Of a stretch of 38,349 nucleotides of DNA, positions 1 through 7,797 are shown one piece after another. A program made the translations under genes and the position numbers. Source of the DNA: a virus (taxonomy: Duplodnaviria; Heunggongvirae; Uroviricota; Caudoviricetes); IMG/VR virus record IMGVR_UViG_2681813146_000009, positions 1-38,349 of that record. One strand, written 5' to 3'. Every line of letters begins with the position of its first letter. Position 1 is the first letter of the stretch. The notes under the pieces were generated by a model. It was not told where the DNA came from. It saw only the letters and a program-made list of their open reading frames with translations, and did no database searches.

Positions 1-1119
1 TCAAATAACCAACTTAACCCATTCCTGACCTCGAGTATCGTTATAGCGATCGGTGGTTGCCTGGACTTTATGTCCTAGTAATGTTTTTGTATCGATACCC
101 TGTGCACGGTACAGCCGTTCTGATAGAGAGCGTTGTTCATGAAATGTTGGCGAAGTTTTTCCTGCTGGTGGAATTATCCCAGCCAGATCCCGTGCTTTGG
201 CAAAGTAGTCGCTCAGGTTGTCTTTACTCATCGGCTTCGGTTGTTTCTGGTGCCGACTATGGATTAGATATGGACTTAATATTCTGTCTCGGCACCCATC
301 AATAACTTCTTTTAACGTTATCCCAATGGCATCACAGCGTAGTGTAAGCGGTAACGCCAGACGCATTCCGGTTTTTCCCTGGGTGATATGCAAGTGTTCG
401 TTCCACACATCTGAAAAACGCATGTGGCAAATGTCATCACGGCGCTGACCAGTAACAATCGCAAGAAGCATTGCGTTACGGATAAAGTGTTTTTCAGGCG
501 TTGCATTGTAAATTTTTTGCCAGTCTTCCATGGTGAGCCTGGCTCTGGTTACTTTAGGGATCGGTTTACGGGTAGCCTCCGGAGGATTCCATCCAGGAGG
601 AACTTCCCCTGCATGCTGTGCTTCTTTATAAATATCAACCCATAATCCACGATTTACTCTCGCTGTGCTGACCATGTCTTTATCCAGCCACTCATCCAGT
701 ATTAATGCAAAGTCTCTTACTTCCAGTTCTTTCAATGGGTGGTTTCCCAGACGGGAAACCAGGTATGCAGCCATTCGAGTTTTTTCTTTGTGAGTTGTAG
801 CTGCAATATCTCCATTTTTCAGTCGCGTGTCCTGTATTTTCAGATATCGATCAACCCATGCCTTTAATCTGATACCCCGACGTTTTGTTGCTGACGGACT
901 TTCATCAATTTTGCGCATGAAATATTCAGCTTCTGCTGCAGCTATTCGCTGATTGGCTGTGGAAGCGATTTTTTCTGCCTTACCTTTGTCTGTTCCGAGT
1001 CCGTGAAATTTTCCAGTCACAGGATTTTTATACTGGTAGTAAACTCTGCCAGTTCTGCGATCAAACTTTTCGTAAAGACCGGCTACGTCAGTGCTGTTTT
1101 TTCGTGGCCTCGGTGACAT
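1..1119 (-). CDS. int: Phage integrase (tyrosine recombinase), complete; stop codon at 1-3
   Basis: 372-aa ORF with lambdoid Int-like sequence; AGGAG upstream of ATG at 1119; followed by xis-like gene; position at prophage edge. Confidence 0.9.
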   Translation of the reverse strand: MSPRPRKNSTDVAGLYEKFDRRTGRVYYQYKNPVTGKFHGLGTDKGKAEKIASTANQRIAAAEAEYFMRKIDESPSATKRRGIRLKAWVDRYLKIQDTRLKNGDIAATTHKEKTRMAAYLVSRLGNHPLKELEVRDFALILDEWLDKDMVSTARVNRGLWVDIYKEAQHAGEVPPGWNPPEATRKPIPKVTRARLTMEDWQKIYNATPEKHFIRNAMLLAIVTGQRRDDICHMRFSDVWNEHLHITQGKTGMRLALPLTLRCDAIGITLKEVIDGCRDRILSPYLIHSRHQKQPKPMSKDNLSDYFAKARDLAGIIPPAGKTSPTFHEQRSLSERLYRAQGIDTKTLLGHKVQATTDRYNDTRGQEWVKLVI

Positions 1120-1357
1120 GAGTTAAAATCTCCTTCAGTGCATCATCATCGCCAGTATGAATTTCCGGCGCAATTCCCGTTTCACCAGGCCCAACAAATA
1201 CTGCTCGGCGATCTATCAGCCAACGCCCACGAATTTTTTGTGGCCTTGGAACGATGTATCCTAGTTTTCCGTATTTCACCAGGGTAGTGTTTGTTATTGG
1301 GAGACTGAACCGTTTTGGTTTCCACTCGTCGAGCGTTATCAGGTACTGTTCGCTCAT
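1088..1357 (-). CDS. xis: Excisionase (Xis-like)
   Basis: 89-aa ORF overlapping int start by 32 nt; YLxTLxEW motif pattern resembling lambda Xis; GGAG 8 nt upstream of ATG at 1357 (ORF-track start 1366 is GTG with no spacing to SD). Confidence 0.7.
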   Translation of the reverse strand: MSEQYLITLDEWKPKRFSLPITNTTLVKYGKLGYIVPRPQKIRGRWLIDRRAVFVGPGETGIAPEIHTGDDDALKEILTHVTEATKKQH

Positions 1358-1418
1358 GGCTATCACTCCGGAACGCGCCAGTTGCAGAATATCAACGACA
1401 ACTGGCGACGGTTGAACA

Positions 1419-3890
1419 TTAAAAATCAGCCTGACTCGGGATCAGTTTTTGCCAGATAACTGAAACGTATTTTGCCTGGTAACGGGCGTCATCAAGTGCA
1501 TTATGGCGCTCACCTTCGAATGGAATAGCCGTTCTGGCATCGAAGTCTATGGCTTTCCCCAGCTCAACGATTGTGCGTACATCGCGATCGTTGTAGTAAC
1601 GCCACGGGCAGGGGATCCCCTGCCGTTCGTATGAACGGCGCAAAATCGTGTTGTCGAAGTTGGCTCCATTTCCCCAGACCTGAACAAAAAATTCACCGGA
1701 GTTTTCGTCGATAAATTCCCGCAATTGTAACAGTGCATCATCTAACGGGATTTCATCGGTCATAATGGCAGATTGCGCTTCGCGTGATTGCTTAAGCCAC
1801 CATTTAATGGTGTCCCGATCAATGACTCCGCCAGCAGTTTCCAGATCGATAGTCTTACTAAATTCCGGTCCCATATCTCCGGTTTGCGGATCGAAAAATA
1901 TTGCACCTATTGAGATGATCGGGGCATCAGGATTTTTTCCCATGGTTTCAAGGTCGATCATTAGATGGTCACACGTCCTGCTGGTGGATGTGATTTCTTG
2001 ATGACCGTTCACCTTAATTGAGTGATCTGCCGTCTCGCCAGTTTCATTATCGCTATCGTGATGCTGATTGCCGCCAGTGTTCTCCTTGTGTGGATGTTCA
2101 GCGCCTTCCATTTCCTCCGGATCATCTTCCTGAACTTCAACCTGATACTCTTCATCGAATGTTTCCTGGTATGTTGCGTCGCCCATCACCGCGCCACAAT
2201 CAGGGCAGTTGCCGCCGCCGGTCTGACCGCAGGCGGTGCAGACTTTTTCCACTTCCTGTTGCGCCACTGGTTCAGGCTGTTTCGTTTCTGGCTCGTTTTG
2301 TAACGCATTTGGGCTGTTTTGTTCCGCTTTCTGGCCGTTCTGTTCCGTTTCTTGCTGGTTCTGATTCACTGAATCGCGGGTTTCAATCCCCTTCACCCAT
2401 TTCGGATCATTCGGGTCGCTAATCCCTGCAACAAATTCACCACGTGATACAGCAAGCAACTTATTGGCGTCAGGCTGGCTGATATTGGCTGCCTGCATAA
2501 TTTTGTTTACTTCGTCAGCGGTAACTTTTACCGGCTCTGGTTGTGCGATCGTGTCAGATGCACCAGTATTTTGTTGTGAACCAGAGTACGTGCCGTTTTT
2601 ACGTGCGAAGTATTCCTCTTTTGTGATTTCCGTAGCTCCCAGGGCCAGTGCTTTTTCCAGACCAGAAAGTTTGTTTGCGCGACCGTATTTTTCGCCGTCC
2701 TTATCGGTGAAAAGGAAGTAGAACGGTCCCTCACGCTCTACAGATGGTTCGTCTTCCACTTCGCATTCGGTTTTTTCGTTGTCCGGCATTGCCGTTTCCA
2801 CTGCATCAGTTTCTGGTACTGGCGACGAGAGAGTATCAGTTGCGCTCTGATTTCTTCCTTCATCTTCAAACACGCCCTTTGTAGTCAGGTATTCAGTAAT
2901 GTATTTGTTCAGTGCCACAGGGTCTTTGTGAATGTCGATCGGACGTTCACGGACAAGGCCAAAAATAGTCTGGCGGTCGTAGCGAAGGGCATCAGGCTGT
3001 TTGCGCATTGATGCCGAGATACGCTTCCAGTCTTCGCGGTCGTTGTCGATAACTTCATTTTTTGCCCAGCGATGGATGCTGCCGTCAATGTTTCCGGCAT
3101 CCACATCACCAGGCCAGAGAGCGTAGGCCAGTTCGTCATCCAGTGTTTTCCATGTCTGCTTGTATTCGCGATGAATGGCAGCAATGACCGGGCTGATTTT
3201 TCCTGTTGAATTTTCACTGTGCTGTTGATTGGTTCTGGCGCGGGCGAGATCAACAACAGACGTGTATTTTCCGGTTTCCTTGCGTTCACCTTCGCGACGT
3301 TTTTTCCAGATGCGCATCTCTGCCTGAATTTCGGGCCATTTGGCACCAGGCTTACATTTATGCTTAACCCACCCGATGGCATGCAGCTTAAGCTCCGGAT
3401 ACATGGCGTTAACTTCTGGCATTTTCATCAACGCTTCAACGATATGTCCGTCGAATGTTGCCATGTCTTCCTGCAACAATTCCTGTGCGCTAATAACCAT
3501 ATCAACGGTGATGTTTTCACATGTGTCGAACTTAACCATGACAGCGTTCTGTACTTCAGGGGCCAACTTGTCAAAAGTGACGTTCATCGGATCTGATTCA
3601 GTCTCAACCGGGACAAAGGAAGCAGACTCCTCATCCCAGCGGTTTTCCTGCATATATTCAGCATCCCAGGAATCGAGGGCAGGGCGGGGTATGCCGGGTT
3701 TATCCTCACAGACAATAAATTTATAAGCGCAGTCCTGAGCAGCCGGATAATGTTCCAGGAATTGCCAGTGAAATTTTGCGCGGGCGCGACGTTCATCACC
3801 GGCTTCAATGGCAGTGGCTACAGCGACTGCACCTTCTTCCTTTATTGCCTGTTCGTCCGGAATGGCGGCGCAAATAAAGACTTTACTCAT
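1419..3890 (-). CDS. Large early-operon exonuclease; C-terminal DnaQ-like DEDDh 3'-5' exonuclease domain, central Cys-rich zinc-ribbon-like motif
   Basis: 823-aa ORF; C-terminus shows Exo I (MIDLETMG), Exo II (GNGANFDNTIL) and Exo III (HNALDDARY) motifs; CTACGQTGGGNCPDCG motif; GAGG RBS. Confidence 0.8.
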   Translation of the reverse strand: MSKVFICAAIPDEQAIKEEGAVAVATAIEAGDERRARAKFHWQFLEHYPAAQDCAYKFIVCEDKPGIPRPALDSWDAEYMQENRWDEESASFVPVETESDPMNVTFDKLAPEVQNAVMVKFDTCENITVDMVISAQELLQEDMATFDGHIVEALMKMPEVNAMYPELKLHAIGWVKHKCKPGAKWPEIQAEMRIWKKRREGERKETGKYTSVVDLARARTNQQHSENSTGKISPVIAAIHREYKQTWKTLDDELAYALWPGDVDAGNIDGSIHRWAKNEVIDNDREDWKRISASMRKQPDALRYDRQTIFGLVRERPIDIHKDPVALNKYITEYLTTKGVFEDEGRNQSATDTLSSPVPETDAVETAMPDNEKTECEVEDEPSVEREGPFYFLFTDKDGEKYGRANKLSGLEKALALGATEITKEEYFARKNGTYSGSQQNTGASDTIAQPEPVKVTADEVNKIMQAANISQPDANKLLAVSRGEFVAGISDPNDPKWVKGIETRDSVNQNQQETEQNGQKAEQNSPNALQNEPETKQPEPVAQQEVEKVCTACGQTGGGNCPDCGAVMGDATYQETFDEEYQVEVQEDDPEEMEGAEHPHKENTGGNQHHDSDNETGETADHSIKVNGHQEITSTSRTCDHLMIDLETMGKNPDAPIISIGAIFFDPQTGDMGPEFSKTIDLETAGGVIDRDTIKWWLKQSREAQSAIMTDEIPLDDALLQLREFIDENSGEFFVQVWGNGANFDNTILRRSYERQGIPCPWRYYNDRDVRTIVELGKAIDFDARTAIPFEGERHNALDDARYQAKYVSVIWQKLIPSQADF

Positions 3891-3982
3891 TTTGTTTTAC
3901 CTCATTACAGATTTAAGGGTGAACAAATCCCTGCCATTGCTGGCATATAAGAATGAAACCGGATATTTATTACGGAACTGTT

Positions 3983-4174
3983 TTAAAGACCTGCCGGGAT
4001 TTCGTTATTATCCTGGTGAATAACTTTATCGACCGGGTAACAGTTACCGGGAATTTTCTGTTCGGTTGCTGCAGTCACACACTCCTGCATTGTCCTGTGA
4101 ACACTGACTGCAATATCAACTGGCTCTCCGGAAACAAGAAAAACTGTCAGAACAAGTGCAAATGCTGTATTCAT
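3983..4174 (-). CDS. ydfD: YdfD-like small protein with N-terminal signal/TM segment (Qin-type dicB operon distal gene)
   Basis: 63-aa ORF MNTAFALVLTVFLVSG...; AAGGA RBS; ATGA overlap with dicB stop; matches recalled K-12 YdfD. Confidence 0.7.
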   Translation of the reverse strand: MNTAFALVLTVFLVSGEPVDIAVSVHRTMQECVTAATEQKIPGNCYPVDKVIHQDNNEIPAGL

Positions 4175-4359
4175 TGTGCACATCCTTTTTGTATCGGACG
4201 TAAACGGGCCAGCATTGAAAGAATGCATATTTTATTTAATAACTCCCGTTCGTGTTTTCTCTTGTTAATGGCATCTTCAGTAAATACAGGGTTACTGATA
4301 GTGACACCAATTTCAAAACAACCTTCAGACGTATTAACGTTTGGTAATAACGTTTTCAT
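4171..4359 (-). CDS. dicB: Cell division inhibitor DicB
   Basis: 62-aa ORF MKTLLPNVNTSEGCFEIGVTISNPVFTEDAINKRK... matching recalled DicB; GAGGG RBS; immediately downstream of dicF. Confidence 0.85.
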   Translation of the reverse strand: MKTLLPNVNTSEGCFEIGVTISNPVFTEDAINKRKHERELLNKICILSMLARLRPIQKGCAQ

Positions 4360-4528
4360 TATCGCGCCCTCAACAATGAGTTTTGTGATGCGGTGCCTGG
4401 TGCCTCCAGGTGACGTTAACCAGTTAACAATTAACGCCGGATACAGAGAATCCACCCATAACACTGTTTTTGGTTTTAACTGTTCCGCGTGCGCTTAGCC
4501 GCATTCACCGCATCACAAAATTCACTTT

Positions 4529-4586
4529 AAAAAGGGCGGCAGAGCAGTCACGGAGTAAAACTGATACCGCCAAACGTCACCAGAAA
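4529..4586 (-). ncRNA. dicF: DicF small RNA (ftsZ-targeting sRNA), ends approximate
   Basis: Minus-strand sequence TTTCTGGTGACGTTTGGCGGTATCAGTTTTACTCCGTGACTGCTCTGCCGCCCTTTTT matches recalled DicF; ends in GC-rich stem plus T-run; lies between ydfC-like and dicB as in Qin. Confidence 0.85.
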
Positions 4587-4921
4587 ATTGATAACAGAGG
4601 GCGTTGCAGCGGGGTTGTCACTTAAGCGTATGGTCAACCTGACAACCCGGTGTCCTCAACGGGGGAAGGAATAACCCCGCCATACTTACCGCCGCGCCAT
4701 TTCGCGGATTGCCACAACCGGAAGCGCACGGTCGACGAAAATTTAACGACAGGCTATCTATGAACCAGCTACCTCGCCGAGCGCTTTCGCGTTATGGTCT
4801 GACTTTTCAGGGAAATATCCTTTCAGTAAACTGTCAGTGCCGGATGCTCACCCGTGTCCGGCGCACGCACTCCACCTCACCCGTGGAGAACTCCTTAATC
4901 ACCAACCCTCAGGAGGGTGAA

Positions 4922-5197
4922 ATGTCGACTGAAAATGATGAAATCATTAACTCCCTGATACGCCAGATTAATAATTTTGATAAAGCATTGCAGCATGCTG
5001 CGGCGCGTAGTGATATAACTCTTTTAGCAATTTCATTTCTTGCATCTGTTATGGATAAAAATGAAGTCGTACGACAGAGTCTTGTTGATTATATCGACTC
5101 GCTTCAACCCGGCACTTTCAATCATGAGAGCTTCAATCATGAGAAAGAGCATGTTAAGTCTGTAATTAATTCTCTTATTTTGAATCAAAAGAATTAA
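4922..5197 (+). CDS. Hypothetical protein, 91 aa, AT-rich, antisense to the dicB operon
   Basis: Strong AGGAGGG RBS 6 nt upstream of ATG 4922; contains FNHESFNHE tandem repeat; the in-frame upstream extension from TTG 4709 judged non-coding. Confidence 0.5.
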   Translation: MSTENDEIINSLIRQINNFDKALQHAAARSDITLLAISFLASVMDKNEVVRQSLVDYIDSLQPGTFNHESFNHEKEHVKSVINSLILNQKN

Positions 5198-5495
5198 TGC
5201 TTTTTGTTGCAAAGTAATTTTCAAGGGGTTCTATTCGAATCCCTTTCGTTTTCATTAACAAGCCAAACCCCTTATCAATGATGTCCATTAGATCCAGGAA
5301 GTATTTTTCATGTAAATCCTGGTTATCAGAGAGCAGCTTCTCTTCGTACAGACCGATAAAGGCACGACGCACGTTACCGGATATAGTATCGATGGTTTCT
5401 TTTTCTACGGTACTCAGGTCAAGAGTCGCCAGTTGGGAACGAACTATATTCGCTGCCATTTCCTGGAATGGCATTGGTAAATCTTTAAATTCCAT
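5175..5495 (-). CDS. Hypothetical protein, 106 aa, AT-rich
   Basis: ORF 2 nt downstream of ydfC-like stop; GAGG RBS; 3' end overlaps the convergent 4922..5197 gene by 23 nt. Confidence 0.55.
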   Translation of the reverse strand: MEFKDLPMPFQEMAANIVRSQLATLDLSTVEKETIDTISGNVRRAFIGLYEEKLLSDNQDLHEKYFLDLMDIIDKGFGLLMKTKGIRIEPLENYFATKSINSFDSK

Positions 5496-5497
5496 TA

Positions 5498-5737
5498 TTA
5501 GCCTCGTTGGTTAGCTATTAACGTGGGTATGTAACCATTCTGGCAATGCTTAATGCCGCTGCTTTTTTCCAGCCTGGTGATATCCTGCTCCAGAGCGGAC
5601 AGATTTTCAGCCTGCTTAGCTCTGGCTTCATTAGCCCATTTCAGATCCTGCGCTGCATTAATTTTCTGGCGCATCCACTCATAAAGTTCATCATCGGTAT
5701 AGTCTGGCGCGATGATGACGGGTTCTCGTTTCTGCAT
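5498..5737 (-). CDS. ydfC: YdfC-like small protein
   Basis: 79-aa ORF in dicB-operon position; identity by recall of Qin ydfC, unverified. Confidence 0.6.
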   Translation of the reverse strand: MQKREPVIIAPDYTDDELYEWMRQKINAAQDLKWANEARAKQAENLSALEQDITRLEKSSGIKHCQNGYIPTLIANQRG

Positions 5738-5766
5738 ACTGATTCCTCGCGGTGCTGTTTCGCTTA

Positions 5767-5895
5767 TCAGCCGTTAGATTTTGCCGAACTGGAAAGCGCC
5801 TGTTTAAATTCGTTGAAGCTGTGAGCTTCTTCGCCTTCGGCAAGGCCTTCGAAGTATTCTTCGTAAGCCTTTTCCATGATTGTGTCAAAATCCAT
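5767..5895 (-). CDS. ydfB: YdfB-like small acidic protein (42 aa)
   Basis: ORF MDFDTIMEKAYEEYFEGLAEGEEAHSFNEFKQALSSSAKSNG found by manual translation (below ORF-track cutoff); GGAG upstream; length matches K-12 YdfB. Confidence 0.5.
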   Translation of the reverse strand: MDFDTIMEKAYEEYFEGLAEGEEAHSFNEFKQALSSSAKSNG

Positions 5896-5896
5896 A

Positions 5897-6052
5897 TCAC
5901 TCACCTGAGTTTCTTTCCAGCCAGCGACGGGCACCATTTTCGGTTTTAAACGTTTTGCTTTTTGTATACGTCATTGCGGTGAAGGTGCCGTCCTGGTTTG
6001 GAAACACGCCGTACACCAGAGATTCGTTGTTGCCAAGCTCGATAGTATCCAT
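5897..6052 (-). CDS. ydfA: YdfA-like small protein (51 aa), first gene of leftward operon
   Basis: Internal ATG of ORF 5897..6133 with GAGG 6 nt upstream; 51 aa matches K-12 YdfA length. Confidence 0.55.
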   Translation of the reverse strand: MDTIELGNNESLVYGVFPNQDGTFTAMTYTKSKTFKTENGARRWLERNSGE

Positions 6053-6231
6053 GCTGACCTCATTTCCCCTTAACGCCGGGGTAGCGGAACAAAAACCTGC
6101 TGCATAGTTATTAAAGTTGAACCCTGCCGTCATGTTCTTACGCCTCGGGCTGGCTACTTAACCCCTGACCACTGCCTGGTAACTCGAAGTATTGCCCTGC
6201 ATTCTGTAGGATGGGGTGAGGGAATGAATGA

Positions 6232-6277
6232 AGTTTAGAAAAACGAACTTTTCAGGTCAATGTTTTTTTATCAAAAC
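6232..6277 (-). promoter_or_regulatory. Candidate PL promoter (-35 TTGACC, 17-nt spacer, -10 TAAACT on minus strand) with adjacent operator-like site GTTTTTTTATCAAAAC (6262-6277)
   Basis: Sigma70-like hexamers read on minus strand upstream of ydfA-like; 16-bp site shares GTTTT..AAAAC arms with the OR sites. Confidence 0.4.
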
Positions 6278-6344
6278 ATTTTAAGCAGGCAGCTGTTAAG
6301 CCATCACCACGATGGCATACAGTTAATCAAATAGATGAGGTTGG

Positions 6345-6983
6345 TTAAATATCTTGTTGAATTTTAAAGCATACGCCCAATATGCAAGATAGATCATCCA
6401 GCATAATTGAAGGGTAGCGAGGATTCGTGGGGACTAAAAGAATATCCGGCCCTTCTATCTCCAGTTTACGAATGACAGGTGTTGTGGTCCCTTTGGGTAA
6501 GGCAAGGACAATATTTCCTGGTTGTACGGTTCGATCGGGATCAACAAAAACTGTTGAACCATTTGGGATGGAAACTCCCCCACCAGATGTTGACATACTG
6601 TCACTCTCTAGAACAACTGCAAAGGTATTGACCGGGATTTCTCCGACAAGCTGCACACAAGAGGTTATTGAGGAATTTTTCATATAATCACTCCAGCTTG
6701 CTGCCTGCTGAAGTGATAGTAGCGGAACCGTTTTTATCGGCGGTAAAGATAGATCAAGCGAATCACCTGTATTTAACTCTCCTCCATTAAGAAGCCAATT
6801 TTCGTTTACTTTCAATATTTTTGCCAGTGAACTTATGTAACGCGAGGACGGCGCTCCTCCACCGTTCATCCATTGACTTACGGAGCCTTTTGATGCGCCA
6901 GTGCCATTGACAAGGTCTTTGCCTTTCAGGTTTAGCGCATGCATACGTTGGGTTATGCGTTCAGATATAGTTTGCTTGCTCAT
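6345..6983 (-). CDS. cI: CI-type repressor (N-terminal HTH, C-terminal S24 LexA-like autopeptidase domain)
   Basis: 212-aa ORF; XRE-type HTH region; S24-like Ser (DSMSTSGG) and Lys (VIRKL) motifs; divergent from cro. Confidence 0.9.
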   Translation of the reverse strand: MSKQTISERITQRMHALNLKGKDLVNGTGASKGSVSQWMNGGGAPSSRYISSLAKILKVNENWLLNGGELNTGDSLDLSLPPIKTVPLLSLQQAASWSDYMKNSSITSCVQLVGEIPVNTFAVVLESDSMSTSGGGVSIPNGSTVFVDPDRTVQPGNIVLALPKGTTTPVIRKLEIEGPDILLVPTNPRYPSIMLDDLSCILGVCFKIQQDI

Positions 6984-7045
6984 GTTTTGATTTTAAAACA
7001 CAGATGGTTTTGTTTCTTGACTTTCTTTGGTTTTGATTATTAAAC
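6984..7045. promoter_or_regulatory. OR region: three operator-like 16-bp sites (6984-6999 GTTTTGATTTTAAAAC; 7007-7022 degenerate; 7030-7045 GTTTTGATTATTAAAC), candidate PRM (-10 TAAAAT on minus strand) and PR (-35 TTGACT 7017-7022)
   Basis: Repeated GTTTTGAT..AAAC sites spaced 22-24 bp centre to centre; sites overlap promoter hexamers as in lambda OR. Confidence 0.55.
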
Positions 7046-7074
7046 TTTTGACGTTCAGTTTTATGGAGCGACTC

Positions 7075-7317
7075 ATGAAAAAATCAGAAGTATTAGGCTA
7101 TTTTGGCGGAGTTGTTAAAACAGCCGCAGCTCTAGGAACGTCAAAAACCACAGTCAGCATGTGGGGGGAAGAGGTTCCGTGGAAATGGGCGTTGCTAATT
7201 CAGGCAGTCACTGCCGGGGCGCTCAAATATGAGTTACACATACCGACGGTTGTCATTCCCGGTTCTGATCATAATCCGCCTTCTAACCAAGGGGGGATTC
7301 ATGAAAATCAAGCATGA
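7075..7317 (+). CDS. cro: Cro-like HTH regulator
   Basis: Small HTH protein MKKSEVLGYFGGVVKTAAALGTSKTTVSMW...; GGAG RBS; divergent from cI across operators. Confidence 0.75.
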   Translation: MKKSEVLGYFGGVVKTAAALGTSKTTVSMWGEEVPWKWALLIQAVTAGALKYELHIPTVVIPGSDHNPPSNQGGIHENQA

Positions 7318-7726
7318 ACACATCCGCATGGCGATGAATGCCTGGGCGCATCCGGACGGTGAAAAAGTTCCGGCAGCTGAAATAACCCGGGCTTATTTTG
7401 AGCTTGGTATGACGTTCCCGGAATTATATGACGACAGCCATCCGGAAGCCCTGGCTCGCAATACCCAGAAAATTTTCCGCTGGGTAGAGAAAGACACCCC
7501 TGATGCAGTTGAAAAAATTCAGGCGTTGTTACCAGCGATCGAAAAGGCAATGCCACCTTTGCTGGTGGCCAGAATGCGCAGCCACAGTTCAGCTTATTTT
7601 CGGGAGCTGGTGGAGACGCGGGAGCGACTGGTGAGAGACGCTGATGATTTTGTCGCAGTGGCAATCGCCGGTTTCAATCAGATGAACCGTGGTGGCCCGG
7701 CAGGAAATGCTGTGGCAGTACATTGA
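7301..7726 (+). CDS. Regulatory protein in cII position (YdaT-like by recall; family assignment tentative)
   Basis: 141-aa ORF MKIKHEHI...; GGGGGG RBS; overlaps cro 3' end; no similarity to lambda CII. Confidence 0.55.
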   Translation: MKIKHEHIRMAMNAWAHPDGEKVPAAEITRAYFELGMTFPELYDDSHPEALARNTQKIFRWVEKDTPDAVEKIQALLPAIEKAMPPLLVARMRSHSSAYFRELVETRERLVRDADDFVAVAIAGFNQMNRGGPAGNAVAVH

Positions 7727-7797
7727 CTGACAATAGCCATATCGAATCGCTTCCGGCAACTCGTGAGTAAAAAGATTCGGTATCAGAAGAGGTGAGT

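Noticed and set aside
4709-4921. N-terminal extension of the 4922..5197 ORF from a TTG at 4709
   Set aside because: No RBS at 4709, GC-rich Arg-rich sequence, and this DNA is the DicF precursor/leader on the other strand; the strong AGGAGGG RBS marks 4922 as the start.
5691-5900. 69-aa minus-strand ORF overlapping the ydfC-like gene
   Set aside because: Overlaps ydfC-like coding in another frame with a basic low-complexity product; the 42-aa ydfB-like frame with GGAG RBS is the better explanation.
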